Assembly (NCBI GenBank): GCA_964016885.1
Contig: OZ024743.1
Span: 29,016,001-29,080,000, forward strand
Direction of reading: 5' to 3'
DNA from: Eledone cirrhosa
Lineage: Eukaryota
DNA length: 64,000 nt
In this document: piece by piece, positions 13,371 through 27,400 of the stretch
Numbering within the stretch: position 1 is the stretch's first letter
How the letters are laid out: every line of letters begins with the position of its first letter
The notes under the pieces: model-generated
Databases searched by the model: none
The model's input: only the letters and a program-made list of their open reading frames with translations
What the model was told of the DNA's origin: nothing
Made by a program: the position numbers and the translations under genes

Positions 13371-16014
13371 AAACAAAACATGTTTTTAATTATGTCTAAA
13401 TTTTTCTCAAGCCCTGAAGTGTATTTGGCTAGTGCTTATCCTGGTTTCCTCCACAGGGTTAAACTCCCAGCTACTGCTGGTACTTATTTTCAGCTGGTTA
13501 TACTAGAGCAACAACACAGTAGAACCAGGTCCAAGAAATGAACCCAAGACATTATGATCGTAAGTCCAATACTCTAAACACTAGGCCACGTGCCTTCACT
13601 TCTAATTATGAGCCCCACAAAATCCTCAATGTGAATGAAGCAATGATAAATTTTTAAGGTTGGTGTTCTTTGCAGCAGCAATACATTCCATCAGTGCCAA
13701 CCAAGTGGAGAAGAAGAAATAGGTCTTAACAAATCTTGTTACTTTATTGATCTCAACATGTACAATGGAAAGGATGCTGGAACTGCTAACAGCACCACCC
13801 AAGAATACACAGGGAGTTATAATAGGTGGATAAAATTGATCAGTTATTATTCTATTATAGGATTGCAAACAAAACAAAGACAAGTGCATTTTTTGTTTTG
13901 TTTTGTTTTTTGTCTAAAAATACTTATATTTTGTGCTATGGGATAAAACACCTCAGGTGTGCTCTAGCATAAGGAAGAAGAACCTTTATTGTTTCATTTC
14001 CAGCAATTTGTTTTTCCTTCCTAACATTAATTAACCCTTTTGATACCAATCTGGCCAAAATTGACAATGGTTCTATGAAACAAAACCACCCATTAAAGGG
14101 TTCTTTTATTAAAACCTTTCAACATAATTTTATGTAAGAGCAATATGTTAAGTTACTATCATAGTTACAAAATAACTAACTTTATTAAATACTGTATATA
14201 CTCATATATTAGCCGAGAAATATGACAAAAAAAAAAAATCAATGGTAAAAGGGAGGTTGGTTATATTCAAGGTCGATATTTTGCTTATTTTCATCAGCTT
14301 CAAAATACTACATAAATATTTTTACTTCGGAGGTGAATATTACACCAGTCTCACTTCCAATACGGAATTACTATTTCCTATTTTTTTTCTTACATGTTTT
14401 GAATGAATATGATCTTCAAAACAGTTGGAAATTGGTAAAAAATCATTATGTAATGGAGTTGTGGAACAAAAACTATACTCTAAACGACATTGAAAACATT
14501 TTAAATATCAAAATATTAGAACTTCATAAATATATCCTCTACTCACAAGAATTTCAAACTGCACCATCTAAACAAGTGTTGATTATCTACCTTTGCCTAT
14601 AAATAGGGATTGGTTTTTTGCCTATTTCCCAGGCATAAAATAGGAGGCTGGATTGAAATATATTTGAGTATACACAGTAACTGAAAATTCTTCTTTAATT
14701 AATTTTATTAGAAATATGGTCACAAAATGGTTTGTCATTTTTATGAAAATTATAACTGTCACAAAATTGTGAACTTCAATAAAGTGTTTGTGAAATTTAT
14801 TAACCCATGCTAGCGTGGAAAATGGACGTTAAACGAAGATGATGATGATGATGATGATGATGATGACGAAATTTTCATGCAAATTTTAATGTCTGTACTA
14901 AATGGAATTCTCACCCAATTGTATTTGTCAGCATTTTCTGTTGGAGTGTAGTAATTGAATTCTGTTATCCAATTTGGTTAGATGGTTCAAGAAAACATTC
15001 TACAGATTATTAATATTATTACTGTAATGTTTTTGTAGACTGAATACTGGAAAAGACAGTTTTTTCCTTTTCCACAATTTGAGCTTTTCTTTAAACACAT
15101 TTATTTTCTCGATTAAACAAATAATTGTTTGTTCATGGTCTTGAAGAGAGATATTTAGATTATTCTATTCAGTAAGATAAGCTAATTGAAGCATCCATTT
15201 GGAATGTAAAAATCTTAAAGGTAAAGGTTACTTTTTTTTTTTCCCCTCAGATTAAAAAATGTCTACTTCATTTCATAGTGAATTAACTTGCTGCAGAACT
15301 TCATTGCAAGATAACCATCTGATCACTGAGTAATATAGTAAATGTTCATATTTAAATCCAATTGAAAACCAAAAATCAGTGAATATTCTGTTATTAAGAG
15401 ATTTTTACATTGTAAAGTTTACAACATGAACGATGCCATTTTATCAATAAACCCAATTTCAATAATATACATTTTAAACCAAAGCTTTCTCTATGTCAAA
15501 AACTGGAAAATTTTGATATGAGGATTAATGACCCTTACTTTTCTGAAAAACCTCAAACAACCTCCAAGCATTTACAACTGCACAGCTGGTGCATAAGCTG
15601 AAGCACTCATTAAAGCATAATCCCATTTATATGATAAAGAATCTACCATTTCAAAATATGATTTCTAATTTTTAAGTTTATGGATATCCAGTGATTCCAG
15701 CAACAAATGTTCCAATTGTTAGGACAACATAACAGCCTATTCAATAAATTTACATGTAAGTGGATTAGTATTCCACAGACACATGTACCCACAGGGAGTA
15801 TCATTATGGCACTGTGTAACACAGTTTTTTGGTTTTATTAATTACAGGTAGAGTCCACCTGGCAACCTTCCAAATACTTTCCATCTACCCTATTCACTCA
15901 CAAGATTTAACCGAAGGCTATTGTAAAATAAACTTGCCCAAGATCCTATGCAGTGGAACAGAACCTGGAACCTTACGAATGCAAAGCAGACTTCTTATAA
16001 AAACATCCATACTC

Positions 16015-16375
16015 TGTCCATAACTTCCTAACCAATCATCCATGCTATGTCTTTAACATCTTCACCAATTGTCCATGCAGTGTCAATAATATCTTAACCA
16101 ATTGTCCAATCAGTGTCCATAACATCTTAACCAATTTTCCATGCTGTGTCCCTGACTGTTTAACCAATTGTCCATGAAATGTCTATAACTTCATAACCAG
16201 TTATCCAACCTGTGTCCAACTTTTTAATGAATTCTCTATTCTGTGTCAATAACTTCCTAACCAATTGTCCATTCTGTATCAATAACATCTTAACCAATTA
16301 TCCATGCAGTGTCAACAAATTTGTATCTAACTGTCCAGCCTGTGTCCATAACTTCCTAAATAAATATCCATGTTG
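16015..16375. repeat. 33-bp minisatellite, about 11 diverged units
   Basis: Consensus approximately tgtccataacatcttaaccaattgtccatgctg. Units counted at 33 bp except one of 31 bp. Confidence 0.9.
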
Positions 16376-17174
16376 TTGAACTAAAAAATGTTTTACAGAG
16401 TAAAATATCCTCTTCTATACTTTTCTTTTTACTGGAGTATCATACAAAAACCATAGGTTAGGTTTACTCACATCAATAAATTCATCTAGCTGAATACTAA
16501 ATACTTTACTTGTTTTTATTATGAAAATTAATTGTTCTTTAAGATCTTTTAAAATATTACCAATACATCTAGGGATCATAGAATTTGACAATACAGTAAC
16601 TTCTTAGCAACATCGTTTCCACATGTAATATGGGTCATATGAATACTGGTCATATGAATTCTACAATGGTATGAGATTTTTGGATTTTGCTATCTATCAA
16701 GAAACACTAAGATGGCAAAGTAGATTTTTGCACAGAAAATATAGTAGTAATGTTTAACAGCAATTTATTTTTTCAAATACAAACTTTCTTTTTTTTTACA
16801 AATTGTTATGTTTTGTTTCTAAGTTGCTTACTTTACTGCAATATAGTGATATGCTATTTAACACATTAGAGCATATCACACACAATGGCTTGACCATTCC
16901 ATACATAGTAATGTATGTCAAAGGCAATTTTTAAAATTCATCTTTATATACAGTTTGAGATTATGTAAAATAACAATTAACAGTTATATATAATTATACA
17001 ATAATTAACTGACATAAAACAAATATAAAGTAATAATATATATGCAGAAAAGGTAAGACAAGCTGAGGTAGCTTCTTTCATCTCAAATTCAATTTCCTAC
17101 TTGAACAGCAGGGCTGCCATATTAACTTTGTATAGATCACCAAAATATTCATTTAAGAATTAACCACAAAGCCA

Positions 17175-17209
<35 letters not shown>

Positions 17210-17439
17210 CCTGAGTCATGGATGCCACCAATGTCTGCATCATAGATAGAAAAAAACTTCTGTACCTTTCCTAATTCCTTTACTCTATTACTGTTCTCAG
17301 TCATCTCGAGACACTACTTTGAAGTGGCATAGTTGATTATATAGAATCTTTTCTATTTTTCTAATATCGTACTTATTTTATGAATCTTTTTCATTGACCT
17401 GCTAAATTATGGGACACAGACACATACATACACACATCT

Positions 17440-18200
17440 GTAACACGTACTTCAAAAGAACAGACAACCACATAATCACCTATAGATCAGGTGAGTACAC
17501 CAACCAAATAGATTCTATCCTCACCAGAAAGTGAGATAGAGTGATGGTTGCAAATACAAAGTCCTTCCCTATTGAGGAATGCACCTCTCAGCATACCCTA
17601 GTGGTTAGCAACTTTGTAGTTAGGGAAACCTAGAGGAGAAGGATATGAAAGTTGAAGGAGCCTTGCCTTGCACTCTAAACTCTTTACTATAATCATTATT
17701 TGATGATGATGATGCGATGCCAGTCATTGGGTATGACACTATTTTATATTACTTGTTTTATGAGACAGGTGGTTAAAGTCTCTCCCAGATCTTTTCAGTA
17801 TCTCAACAATTATTTCTGATGGCCCAGCTGCTTTGCCTGTCTTCATGTCCTTAATTGCCTTGCTGACTTGTACTGCTGATCTCTCTGTTGGACTATCTTC
17901 CTCCAATGCATTCTCATTCACCAGTCTCTCATAATTGTGCTTCCATGGTACTTTTTTTTAGTGTTGTTGAAGGCAAGCGCACCATTATCATCTCAGACAC
18001 ATTTCTTCCCAACATCACAATTCTCCCTGACAAACTGCCTCACAATCCTGGACACCTGACATCGCAAAGCATTTAACCTTTTTATTTTCTGTTTCCCTCT
18101 ATGCAAAGTATACTTGTCACCTAGCCTCTCTCCTAGCCTTTTGGTAATGTTCTCTGATTCCCCCATTCTGCTATTCTTTCCATACCAGTCTCTTGACATT
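17440..18200. mobile_element. Decayed RTE fragments (endonuclease part on +, ~17440-17680; RT-proximal part on -, ~17710-18200)
   Basis: HITYRSGE...EECTSQH on the plus strand; MKTGKAAGPSEIIVEILK on the minus strand. Confidence 0.7.
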
Positions 18201-19122
18201 TAATTGTTTCATCCATTCTACTCTTCCACCACCAAGTCACTATCCTTCTCTCTGGAGCCCTGCTCCAGCCACAGACCTCGTTTGTAGCCTTCAGCAGATC
18301 ATCTCAGGAATTCCCACTGCTCCTCTATATTATAAGCCTATATTTCTTCTTCCTTACTATCAAAAGCATCAAGATATTCCTTTAATCAATTTTCATATAT
18401 ATATATCAACTATTTACAGGGAAATACATATATTCGACACGTTTTCATGCCTATATACCATAAATGTACAAATTTATTAGATACATGATCTTGTATAGAA
18501 GAAGGCATTAGAATCTTAGCTAAATTATGGAAAGAAAATGTTTCTCTGTATAGACCTCAGTCTATTGCATTTAAGTAGATATTATTTCCAAATAATATGC
18601 TACCTGATTCTCATAGCTAAGAAAAAAGAAATCTATAGATTTAAATTTTTTAAGATCATTATTCCTGCTAAAGCTGGGGTAAGATTTGTGGCCCCATAAC
18701 AGGATTCATGCTCATTGTGGGGCCCTTTTTGAGGGAATGGGTTATGGCCAGATTCCTTTCCAGGTGTCAACCCTTACAACATGCAAGAATAAGGTGTACC
18801 TATTCTAAACCAGATTCACAAACATAATTTTCATTAAGCTAAAAATCACATTGCCACAGAATCATATGTTGTGATCCAAAGGCGCTATCTAGACAAAAAC
18901 AAAAACAAAAACAAAAACAATAAATTTATAAAATGAAAGAAAGAGTAGGATGACAATGTGCATTTTTAATTTAATAAAGAAGACAGATAGATATATGAAC
19001 ATTTGTGCTAGTGATGGGAATTTGATGAATATATATTTATATATGTATATATGTGTGTACATATATATATACATATATATGGAATTTGTTTACTTGTTTA
19101 TCACAATTTAAGTGGTACTTAC

Positions 19123-19267
19123 CAGATTCTATAGAAATTGTTTCAATAACACTTGCATCGACTGAAGAGTTCTGGGAATTATCTGAGTGGAATAATGGAT
19201 AGGAGTTATTAAGTGCTTCACCTGTCCATGTATCTATTGTATTATTCAATCCAACAACTTGAACATG
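19123..19267 (-). CDS. M1AP: M1AP-like exon 5 (HVQVVGLNNTIDTWTGEALNNSYPLFHSDNSQNSSVDASVIETISIES)
   Basis: ttttcataaag acceptor, gtaagt donor, 145 nt, phase 0 to 1. QVV and IETISI correspond to human FQVV and IDLQTID. Confidence 0.82.
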
Positions 19268-19509
19268 CTTTATGAAAATAAAACAAAAAAAAGTAATAAT
19301 AAACAAAATGGGGAAAAAAGCAAAATAATTGTCTGAAATAAAACATTTTATTTTATATATTGAAAGCCGAGGAGAAATATTGAAAAATATCAGTTATTGG
19401 AGTTATTTTGAATTAAAAATAAAATTTACAATGTATATATATTTAATATTCAATCAAAATTATCAATATAGGACAAATGGGTTGTTATATAAGTCAACAT
19501 ATATATTAG

Positions 19510-19855
19510 AGTTATGATAGTGAGAGCTGATCTCAAATCACTGTAGCTCAAAGAGAATATGACAAAGGAATATGACGAGTGTAGAGATGCTGTGCTGAAA
19601 AAATCCACCCAACCCATGGAAACATGGAACAGCAGATGCAAAATAATTGTTTCTACTTTGGGCACAAGGCCAGCAAATACCCAGTGTATTACTGGTACTT
19701 TATTTTATCGACCCTGTAAGGATGAAAGGCAAAGTTAACCTCGGCGGGATTTGAACTCAGACCATAAAGGGCCGTAATTCTTTGCTGCAAAGCATGGCGT
19801 CCGACACTCTACCGATACTGCCAATCCACCGCTCTTAGATGCAAAATAATGATGA
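19510..19855 (+). mobile_element. RTE 3' tail fragment interrupted by a SINE
   Basis: gagatgctgtgctgaaaaaatccacccaacccatg...gatga resembles the RTE 3' end at 63320-63397. Confidence 0.65.
19648..19836 (-). mobile_element. tRNA-derived SINE family A with a 14-bp target-site duplication (TSD)
   Basis: agatgcaaaataat at both 19634-19647 and 19837-19850. Confidence 0.9.
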
Positions 19856-20347
19856 CTAGCAGATTTACCCGGTGTTGCTCGGGGTTTGAAATTATGCTAA
19901 GAATATACAGCTAGGAAGTAAAAGAAGAACATTATTTGTCCCCCAACCTGTCAAAATAAGCAGAAGTCTTCAATAATTAATGCAAACGAATATTTAGTGC
20001 AATCTTTGTACACATAAATCTATGCTGATAATGAAGGAAAACACTGAACAGGATGTAATTATATAAATGATTAAAGACAATACACGTTGCAAATCTGTAA
20101 AAAAAGCAGGCAGTTTTGCTAAAGTACAAAAAGTTGTAATGAAAGCAGAGTTGTATACAAACAAAAAAACAATGAGAGTAGAATAAGAGAAAATCTATTC
20201 TTTGAGAGCATCCTTTGCTGTGTATGGTTAACTTTTGAACTTATAATCCAAAATATCCTGCATGTCATATTCATTGGTATGTTTTGTAATGAGTAAGGTG
20301 AAGTCAAGGCAGAGCTGTAATAAGTGTTTTTGTTAACACTAAAGCAC

Positions 20348-21809
20348 TTCAGGATAGACGATATTCTTTGTTTTTCTTTTCGGAACAAATGCAAAGAGAT
20401 TATCTCGACTGCCAACTCGTGAGCAGGCAATGTAGAATTGTCCGTGCAAAAAGCAAGGTTCATCCAAGTGAATTCCAGCGACAGACAGAGTTTGACCTTG
20501 CGACTCCTTTATGGACATCGCAAAGGCAACACGAAGGGGAAATTGGGTTCAGCGAAAGGAGAAGGGAGTATCTACGCCTGATGTAGTCAGGCTAATTTTT
20601 GTTATTATCACATCTTCGCCTTTTCCTCATCCGGATAGAATGGTAGTGTCAATACTAAGTGGAGACAGTGTTTTAACCACAAGGCGTGTACCATTGCATA
20701 GTTTTGGAGGAGTGATATTTCTCAGCAAAATAACTGGTGTCCCCTCTTTCAGAACCAATGTATTAGGAGGTAAACCAGGAGGATTTAAAGAATTTAGAAA
20801 TTCAACTGGATAATTGACCGCATCCTGTGGATCACATACAGTATCAATAGATTTATATATCCGTGGACATCCAGGAAGAAGCTGAAGAAGCTGATCGTTA
20901 ATACAGTTAACTGTAATATTTTTGGTGCAAGAATGGCTCTTTCGTATAGCCAATCAAGATTTGTATAGTTATCACGAAAGTTTGGGAATACACTCGCCTT
21001 GAGATCATCGACAGTTTCAACTACATTGCAGATGTGATCAATTGCTATGTGTCCATCTGTATCCGGAGGTAGGTTACCATCTCCTATTGTAAGAATGTCT
21101 CCAGAAAATGTTGATGACAGAGGGTCCCCATGCAACCTTGCACGCATGTTGGTAGTTAGTCTTAATGATGTCACTTGTCGCCACAATGGCTTAAGACATG
21201 TATTTACCGCATCTGCTCTTGTTCCTTTCGGTATTATAGGAAGAGTCTGTCTGAAGTCTCCTGATAGCAGAAGGGTGACACCCCCCATAACATCACTGCA
21301 ATCCCGTATGTCTTGCAAAGACTTGTCTAGTGCCTCAAGAGCACCTTTGTGTGCCATTGTGCACTCATCCGAAACAATAAGGTGACACCTTCGCAGCAGA
21401 TGAGCCCTTTCGGAGTCTTTGGTGATATGACAAGTAGGAGTTTCCAATTTTGCCAAATCAAAGGGCAATTTAAAAACTGAATGTGCTGTCCTTCCACTAG
21501 GGAGCAAAGTTGCTGCCTTTCATATTTTCGTACTGTCTCTGCAGATCTTGCTGCAGCAGTATCTGTAGCATCCATAGCAAGGCGTGTTTCACGTTGCTCT
21601 GTAGTCTCTGCAGCTCGTGCTGCAGCAGTTGCTTTAGCATTATTGGTTCGCTGCACTAACCGACGCTCAGCGGCGGACAAAGATGTTGCAATAACTGTAC
21701 TCACCGCATTTAGTGATTGTCTATTTTCGGTTATCGGTGGAGCGTCATTTACACGCATTGTTTCCTTCGAAAGATAGCCAATATGTGCATACTTTCTTTT
21801 ACGGGGCAT
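20348..21809 (-). pseudogene. Helitron Rep/Helicase remnant: N-terminal ET..QR..RL repeats fused to a PIF1-family helicase, frameshifted
   Basis: Motifs LPSGRTAHS, DECTM, GDFRQTLP, YPVEFLNSL, LLRN..PPKLCNGTRL, SQGQTL, HGQFYIACSRVG, KTKNIVYPEVL. Confidence 0.9.
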
Positions 21810-22136
21810 ATTTGGTGAAAAGGTTATCTCCCTTTTTTATAAGGATTGTCAATAAAGTTTGTTATCTCCCTTACATCAATTTTTCTACCGATAATTTTGA
21901 TAATCATTTTTTATTGCTCAACGTGGGTCGATTTGAAAAATGTTTGTGATGTGTGACAATCTTAGCAACCTGTGCAACGTGCACAGAAAATTTGGTCAAA
22001 TTCAGTTGGTAATTGTGAAAGCCTTATGAATGCAAAGTTGTACACATTTTAATGTATTAACTTACATATCAATCTTGGTCAGGGTCATACACCAGCTTTC
22101 ATTGCTATTATACATATACATTCTGTAGATATTTAA

Positions 22137-22356
22137 CCCTTTAGCAATCACATTATTTTATATATACTATTATATTTTCATGGTAAAGGCTTTACCTCAC
22201 ATAATTATCTCACATAATATCGAATCTATGAGATTTTGAAAGTATTTATTTTGAGAACAATACCTTAACATCAGTTTGAGCGACCGGTTACAGCCAGTTT
22301 CAACAGAAAGAGGTAGAGAATTCTGGCCGGTTTAGGCCGGTTTGAACACTAAAGGG
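22137..22356. mobile_element. piggyBac-type MITE
   Basis: TTAA|CCCTTTAG ... CTAAAGGG|TTAA: terminal inverted repeats with a TTAA duplication. Confidence 0.8.
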
Positions 22357-22851
22357 TTAATGTTTGTTTTTGGTAATAATTGTATCTTGAAATAATATAT
22401 TCCTTTTGTTGTGATTTTAATAAAATATTCAGGATCTGACATATGAAATGTTTCCACTATCATATTTTTGTCTGAGATAGAGGAAGTTGTGAACCAGTCG
22501 CGCTGGTAAGTTTTTGTCTTTTTACTTATAAAAAACAAAAATTATTGTTTTAAAAAATATACCACTGTATAGATTGACCCTCCAAATAAATTGTCAGTGG
22601 GTGGGTCATTGAAATGTTCGCACCCCCCGCCCGGGGCGAAATTTTAATTTTCATAAAAATTTATAACAAATTGTTTTAACTATGAATGATAAAATTGAAG
22701 CGCTTCCTGCCATATGTGGAAATGGGAGCTTTGAAATGAATGTCACTATGGCAACAGGTAGTGACCGAGATAAATCACACCAAAATAAAAGTATGGAAAC
22801 ACATACGGCACAAAAAAATATTGAACAAGAAAAAAAAAAACAACTTCACAA

Positions 22852-22882
22852 ATGAACTCCACAACCACAAATCAAGCAATTG

Positions 22883-22913
<31 letters not shown>

Positions 22914-24387
22914 TGACAACAACAACAGCAACCATAAAAAATCTTTTGCCACAATAAGCAAAAGAACTTTTACAAATATTGATATTTCCAATATGGAAAT
23001 GATCAATGAAGGAAAAAAATATATTACCTTCGAGGAAAAAGGGGGATTTAAAATAACCTCTCCACCATAAAACAAACCCAACAGTATGCGAAGGACTGTG
23101 ATTTTCCGCACGATTTTGAACAAACAAAAAAAAAACGGCTTTCCTTACTCAAGGCGAAATTGAAATCGTCTTGAAAGAGGCAATGCCGGAAATACAATAC
23201 ATACAAAGGGCTAAACTGTATGGAAGCATTTCAGTGCTCTTCAAAAGTGAGGCCCTTGCGAAAAAATACTCAATGACCCCAGTCACCTCTGCCACACACA
23301 CCTTTTTCCCTACATAGACAAAGAATAAACATCACCAATATACCACCCAACATTAACATCTGGTGGATTCTGGCAGGGTTCTTGGAGGAAGATGAAGACA
23401 CAATACTGTCGATTCAAAAATCCACAAGAAACACCTGGAACGGCACAAGCTTGGAAATTTTGATCCAAATGAAACCGGACAGAATTTCCAAGATACCAGA
23501 AAGGGTGCCAGTAGACAATACCAATTACATCCACATTTCGGCAGATGGTAGGAGGCCACATTGTTTTAAATGCGCAAGCATATCACATTTAAAGGCCTCC
23601 TGTCCCCTCTTACGAACAAACACCACCACCCCAAAAAAAGTACTTTTACCAACACCAACTCCAAAACCACAACACCAACAACACACAAAACAAACAAACA
23701 CACAAAAACAAACAACTGTTCAACCACAAACAACAGAAAAAACACAAACAATTCCCCTGAAAAACACAGTCCCACTCCATCCCACACTACCACAATCACA
23801 CACTCAAACACACCATCACCACACAACATACCCCTCCCACACGCCCTTGATAACAATTCATCACCAGACGAGGCTACTTCTCCATCCCCAAGTGAAGATG
23901 AAGGAGAGCCTCGTAAATAAAAACAAAACAAAAAAAGAGACACAAAACAACAATCACCAACACAAACACACAACCAGCAACATAAATAACAACACAAACA
24001 CCACCACTATCACCCCCCCCCCCCATACTAGCAAAACAAACACCAACACCACCCCAAACACAAATGCCCACCATAAAAAGAAAACTACAAAATGAACAAC
24101 AACCCAAAACAACACAACAAAAAAACAAACAACAATACACATACATTAACACAAACAACAAAAACCTAATGGAGGTCATCTCCCAATACCCCAAAGTAGA
24201 AACTGAAGGGAAAACTTTTGTAAAAGCAAACTCAACCACACCTAAAACTAATAAGGTTTTCGATAGAGACCTATCAGACATTGAAAGAAAAGTTTTCACA
24301 GGGCGTTGGCAACCCCTGCCAAAAACCAATAAACCATGTCCTGTTGAAATGTTTCCCCACCCAACTCAACACCCCCACCAGAACTGA
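22852..24387 (+). pseudogene. Tx1/L1 ORF1 (gag-like, CCHC knuckle), disrupted
   Basis: GRRPHCFKCASISHLKASCP (CX2CX4HX4C); several frameshifts and stops; A/C-rich low-complexity tail. Confidence 0.75.
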
Positions 24388-24471
24388 AATGGAGATTGAA
24401 CACGCTGATGTCCAGGAAACGAAAAGGTAAGTGCACCTTTTTGTCCTTTTTGCCAACTCTTCTCCACTAAC

Positions 24472-27400
24472 ATGGCTGACTTGCGAGTTGGAAACGTGAA
24501 TGTGCGTGGCCTGGGGATGCCCTGGAAACAGGGCCAACTTTTAAATGACCTTAGGTCTCACGGTATAGATGTAATAACCATCACTGAGTACAGGAACCAC
24601 AACAGGCAGCAACTAACCCCCATCTTCAATGACTTTAAGATCTACGCATCTCTCTGTCAGCCGGGAGGTGGAGGGGGAGTGACTGTCATGTTTCGGAAAA
24701 ACCTGGATCTCGAAGTACTGCAAGTACACTTGGACCCGGAGGGTAGACTGGTGGTCCTAGACGTGAACAGTATTGGAGATGGAGTCTTCAGACTGGCGGC
24801 CGTTTATGCCCCGACCAGGCAATCACAATCGTGGCCAGACTTCTTTAAGCGTCTGGAGTTTTTTCTGGGAACGTCTTGCTCCTTGTTTTAGTGGGGGACT
24901 GGAATGGTATCCTAGATGCACAATGGGACTATGTGGGAGTATGTCCCAGTAGAGCGGCGTGCAACAGCCTAAAAAATCTAATCGGTCAATTCCAACTGGC
25001 CGATAGATATCGACTAAATTTCCCAACTGCACCACAGTGGACGTGGGAAAACCGCAGCGGGACATCTAGATCGTATCTAGATAGGTTTTTTCATTAGAGA
25101 AAAGGAGATGTTAAGCTGTACACAAATGCACATGGTTGCCTATTCAGATCACAAACTAGTCATCTGCATAGTCAACCGTGATAGAATACATAGACAAGGA
25201 CCCGGATACTGGAAGCTGAACGTGTCGTTGCCGGCACGAAAAGCCTACAGTGGACGGATAAGTAGATTAGTTAAGCAAGAGTTGACGGGAGCCATCATCA
25301 ACAATAGATGGTGTTACTCTCTCAAGAGAGCAATTAGAGTAGAATCGATAGGGTTTAGCAGAGAATTAGCTTTAGAGAAAAACAAATCAGAAACAGAACT
25401 AGTAGCCAAAGTAGAAGAGGTGCTTAGGAGTGGCAACGCAGCTAGAGTGCTAGCATCGCGAACGGCACTGGACCAGTTCTACGACGTGAAACATGAAGGC
25501 TGAGTGGTCATAAGTAAATCACATGCTCTAGGAAACGAGGGAACAAAAGCTGTTAGCTGGGCCCGAGTGGCGGAAGCGAAAAGTGGCAACAAGTCCACGA
25601 TTCGGTCTTTGAAATACCAAAACGGACACGTGCTACTTGACCCCAGGCAGATGTGCGAGACCTTTCAGCGCCACTTTGCGTGACTGTTTGAGCAGAACGA
25701 CGGTGCACCGAATGGGGCAATGGACTTTAGTTCATACCTCGACGGCCTGCCACGTCTCTCGAGCATGGACGCCGAGGTCTGCGAAAGACCGATCACAGCC
25801 ACTGGGATACGGGACGCTCTGGGCCGCTGCAGGAAACGCAAATCACCCGGTCTAGATGGTCTTCCCTATGAGTTTTACATAGGCATGCAGGACTTGTGCT
25901 CTGGCTTCCTCAAAGCCGTCTACTGCAATTGGCAGCAGAATGGGACAATTCCCAGTTCTGCAGGCAAGGGCATAGTAACGCTGATCAGGAAAGACAAGAA
26001 CAAGAGAGACAAAATAAACAATTTCAGGCCCATAACTCAGCTCAACACAGAGTTAAAGATTTTGGTCAAGGTGCTAGCAATGAGGCTGGTGCTTGTCGTC
26101 AAAAACCTGGTAGGGAAAGCGCAAACGTGTGCAATCCCGACCAGGTCCATACACGACAACCTGCACCTCATGCAATACATCATAGAGAGGGTGGGGTGTA
26201 AACCCGGCTTCGGTGGGGCTCTGATCAATTTAAATCAGTCTAAAGCATTCGATAGGGTGGATACTTGGAAGCGGTTCTCAAGGCGGCCGGTTTTGATCTC
26301 GTTTTCAGAGGCTGGATCAAGGCGATACGCACCAGCATCTGCTCGAAGGTCAAGGTGAATGGCTAACTATTGGAGCCGTTCGCAATCACGCGTTCCATTC
26401 GACAGGGAGGCCCTCTCTCCTCCGTTCTGTACATATTGACTCTAGAGCCACTACTGCGGAAGTTGGAGCTTTTGCAGGTCATCCCTTTAGAACCGGGACT
26501 GCGAAAAGTGGTGTCGGCTTATGCCGACGACGTAACTGTAATGGTGTCGAAAACCCTGGAAATCGAGGCAATCGGCAACATACTACAGGAATACGAAAGG
26601 TTCACAGAAGCAAAACTGAACCCGGAAAAGTCTGTTCGTTTTGCAACTCGGAACGTGGAGAGGCAAACCGATGTCGTCCGACAGCGTCGTCGGGCGCTGG
26701 ATGGAAGGACTGGTGAAATTGCTTGGGGTCTGGTTCGGTCCAAACTTCCAGGTGGAGAAAAACTGGAACGAGGTCATGGCCAAAGTATATGTGCTCACCC
26801 AGAAGTGGGGAGAGTGCAAACTGTCTTTGAAAGGTTGAGCGTAGGTGGCGAACATTTTCATAGCGTCCGTCATCTACTACCGCTTGACTGTCGTGCCTTG
26901 TCCCCATGAATACCTCACCAAGATGGAACGCATGCTCTCCAGTTCCTGTGGAAGAAGCAGGCTCCACTGGTGAGGAGATCCGTCTGCTGTCCACACCCTT
27001 CCAATGGAGGGCTGGGCATGCCGTGACTAATGATGCGCAAACATGCGCTGAGGCTACGGCATCTTCAGGTATTCCTCACTGACCAACCGGTGTGGGAACC
27101 GTTTGTGAGACAGGCCTTCCCACAACTTGTCTCACTGATGGAGCTGAAGTCTTGGGTCAAGCGAAGAACGAAGAAGATGGGCGCCTGGCACATTGAATGT
27201 GCCCAGGCACTCACAGTCCTCTGTCAAGCGGGCACAGCAATCAGTGGAGACTCCACTTCGAGATTCTCTAGAGGGTTAGTACTTTACAAGTGCGACGACA
27301 TACTCAGGGAGACTCTAGGCATCAAAGACGATGAGCTCACCTGTCTGTTTGGTAGGACTTTCCACCCGGGACCTATGGACAACTTCCAGAGGTCCCTGGC

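Larger units (their letters stand above)
19856..22820 (-). mobile_element. Internally deleted Helitron
   Basis: 3' hairpin cccgagcaacaccggg followed by CTAG|T at 19856; PIF1 helicase coding region inside. The 5' boundary is approximate and is lost at the Tx1 insertion. Confidence 0.85.

Noticed and set aside
16015-16375. CRISPR-like array
   Set aside because: Units are contiguous and diverged with no unique spacers; there are no cas genes and the context is eukaryotic.
21047-21777. Plus-strand ORFs over the Helitron, and antisense ORFs over the RTE and Tx1 elements (e.g. 57291-58232, 23566-24329)
   Set aside because: Shadow frames of transposon coding sequence with no independent motifs.
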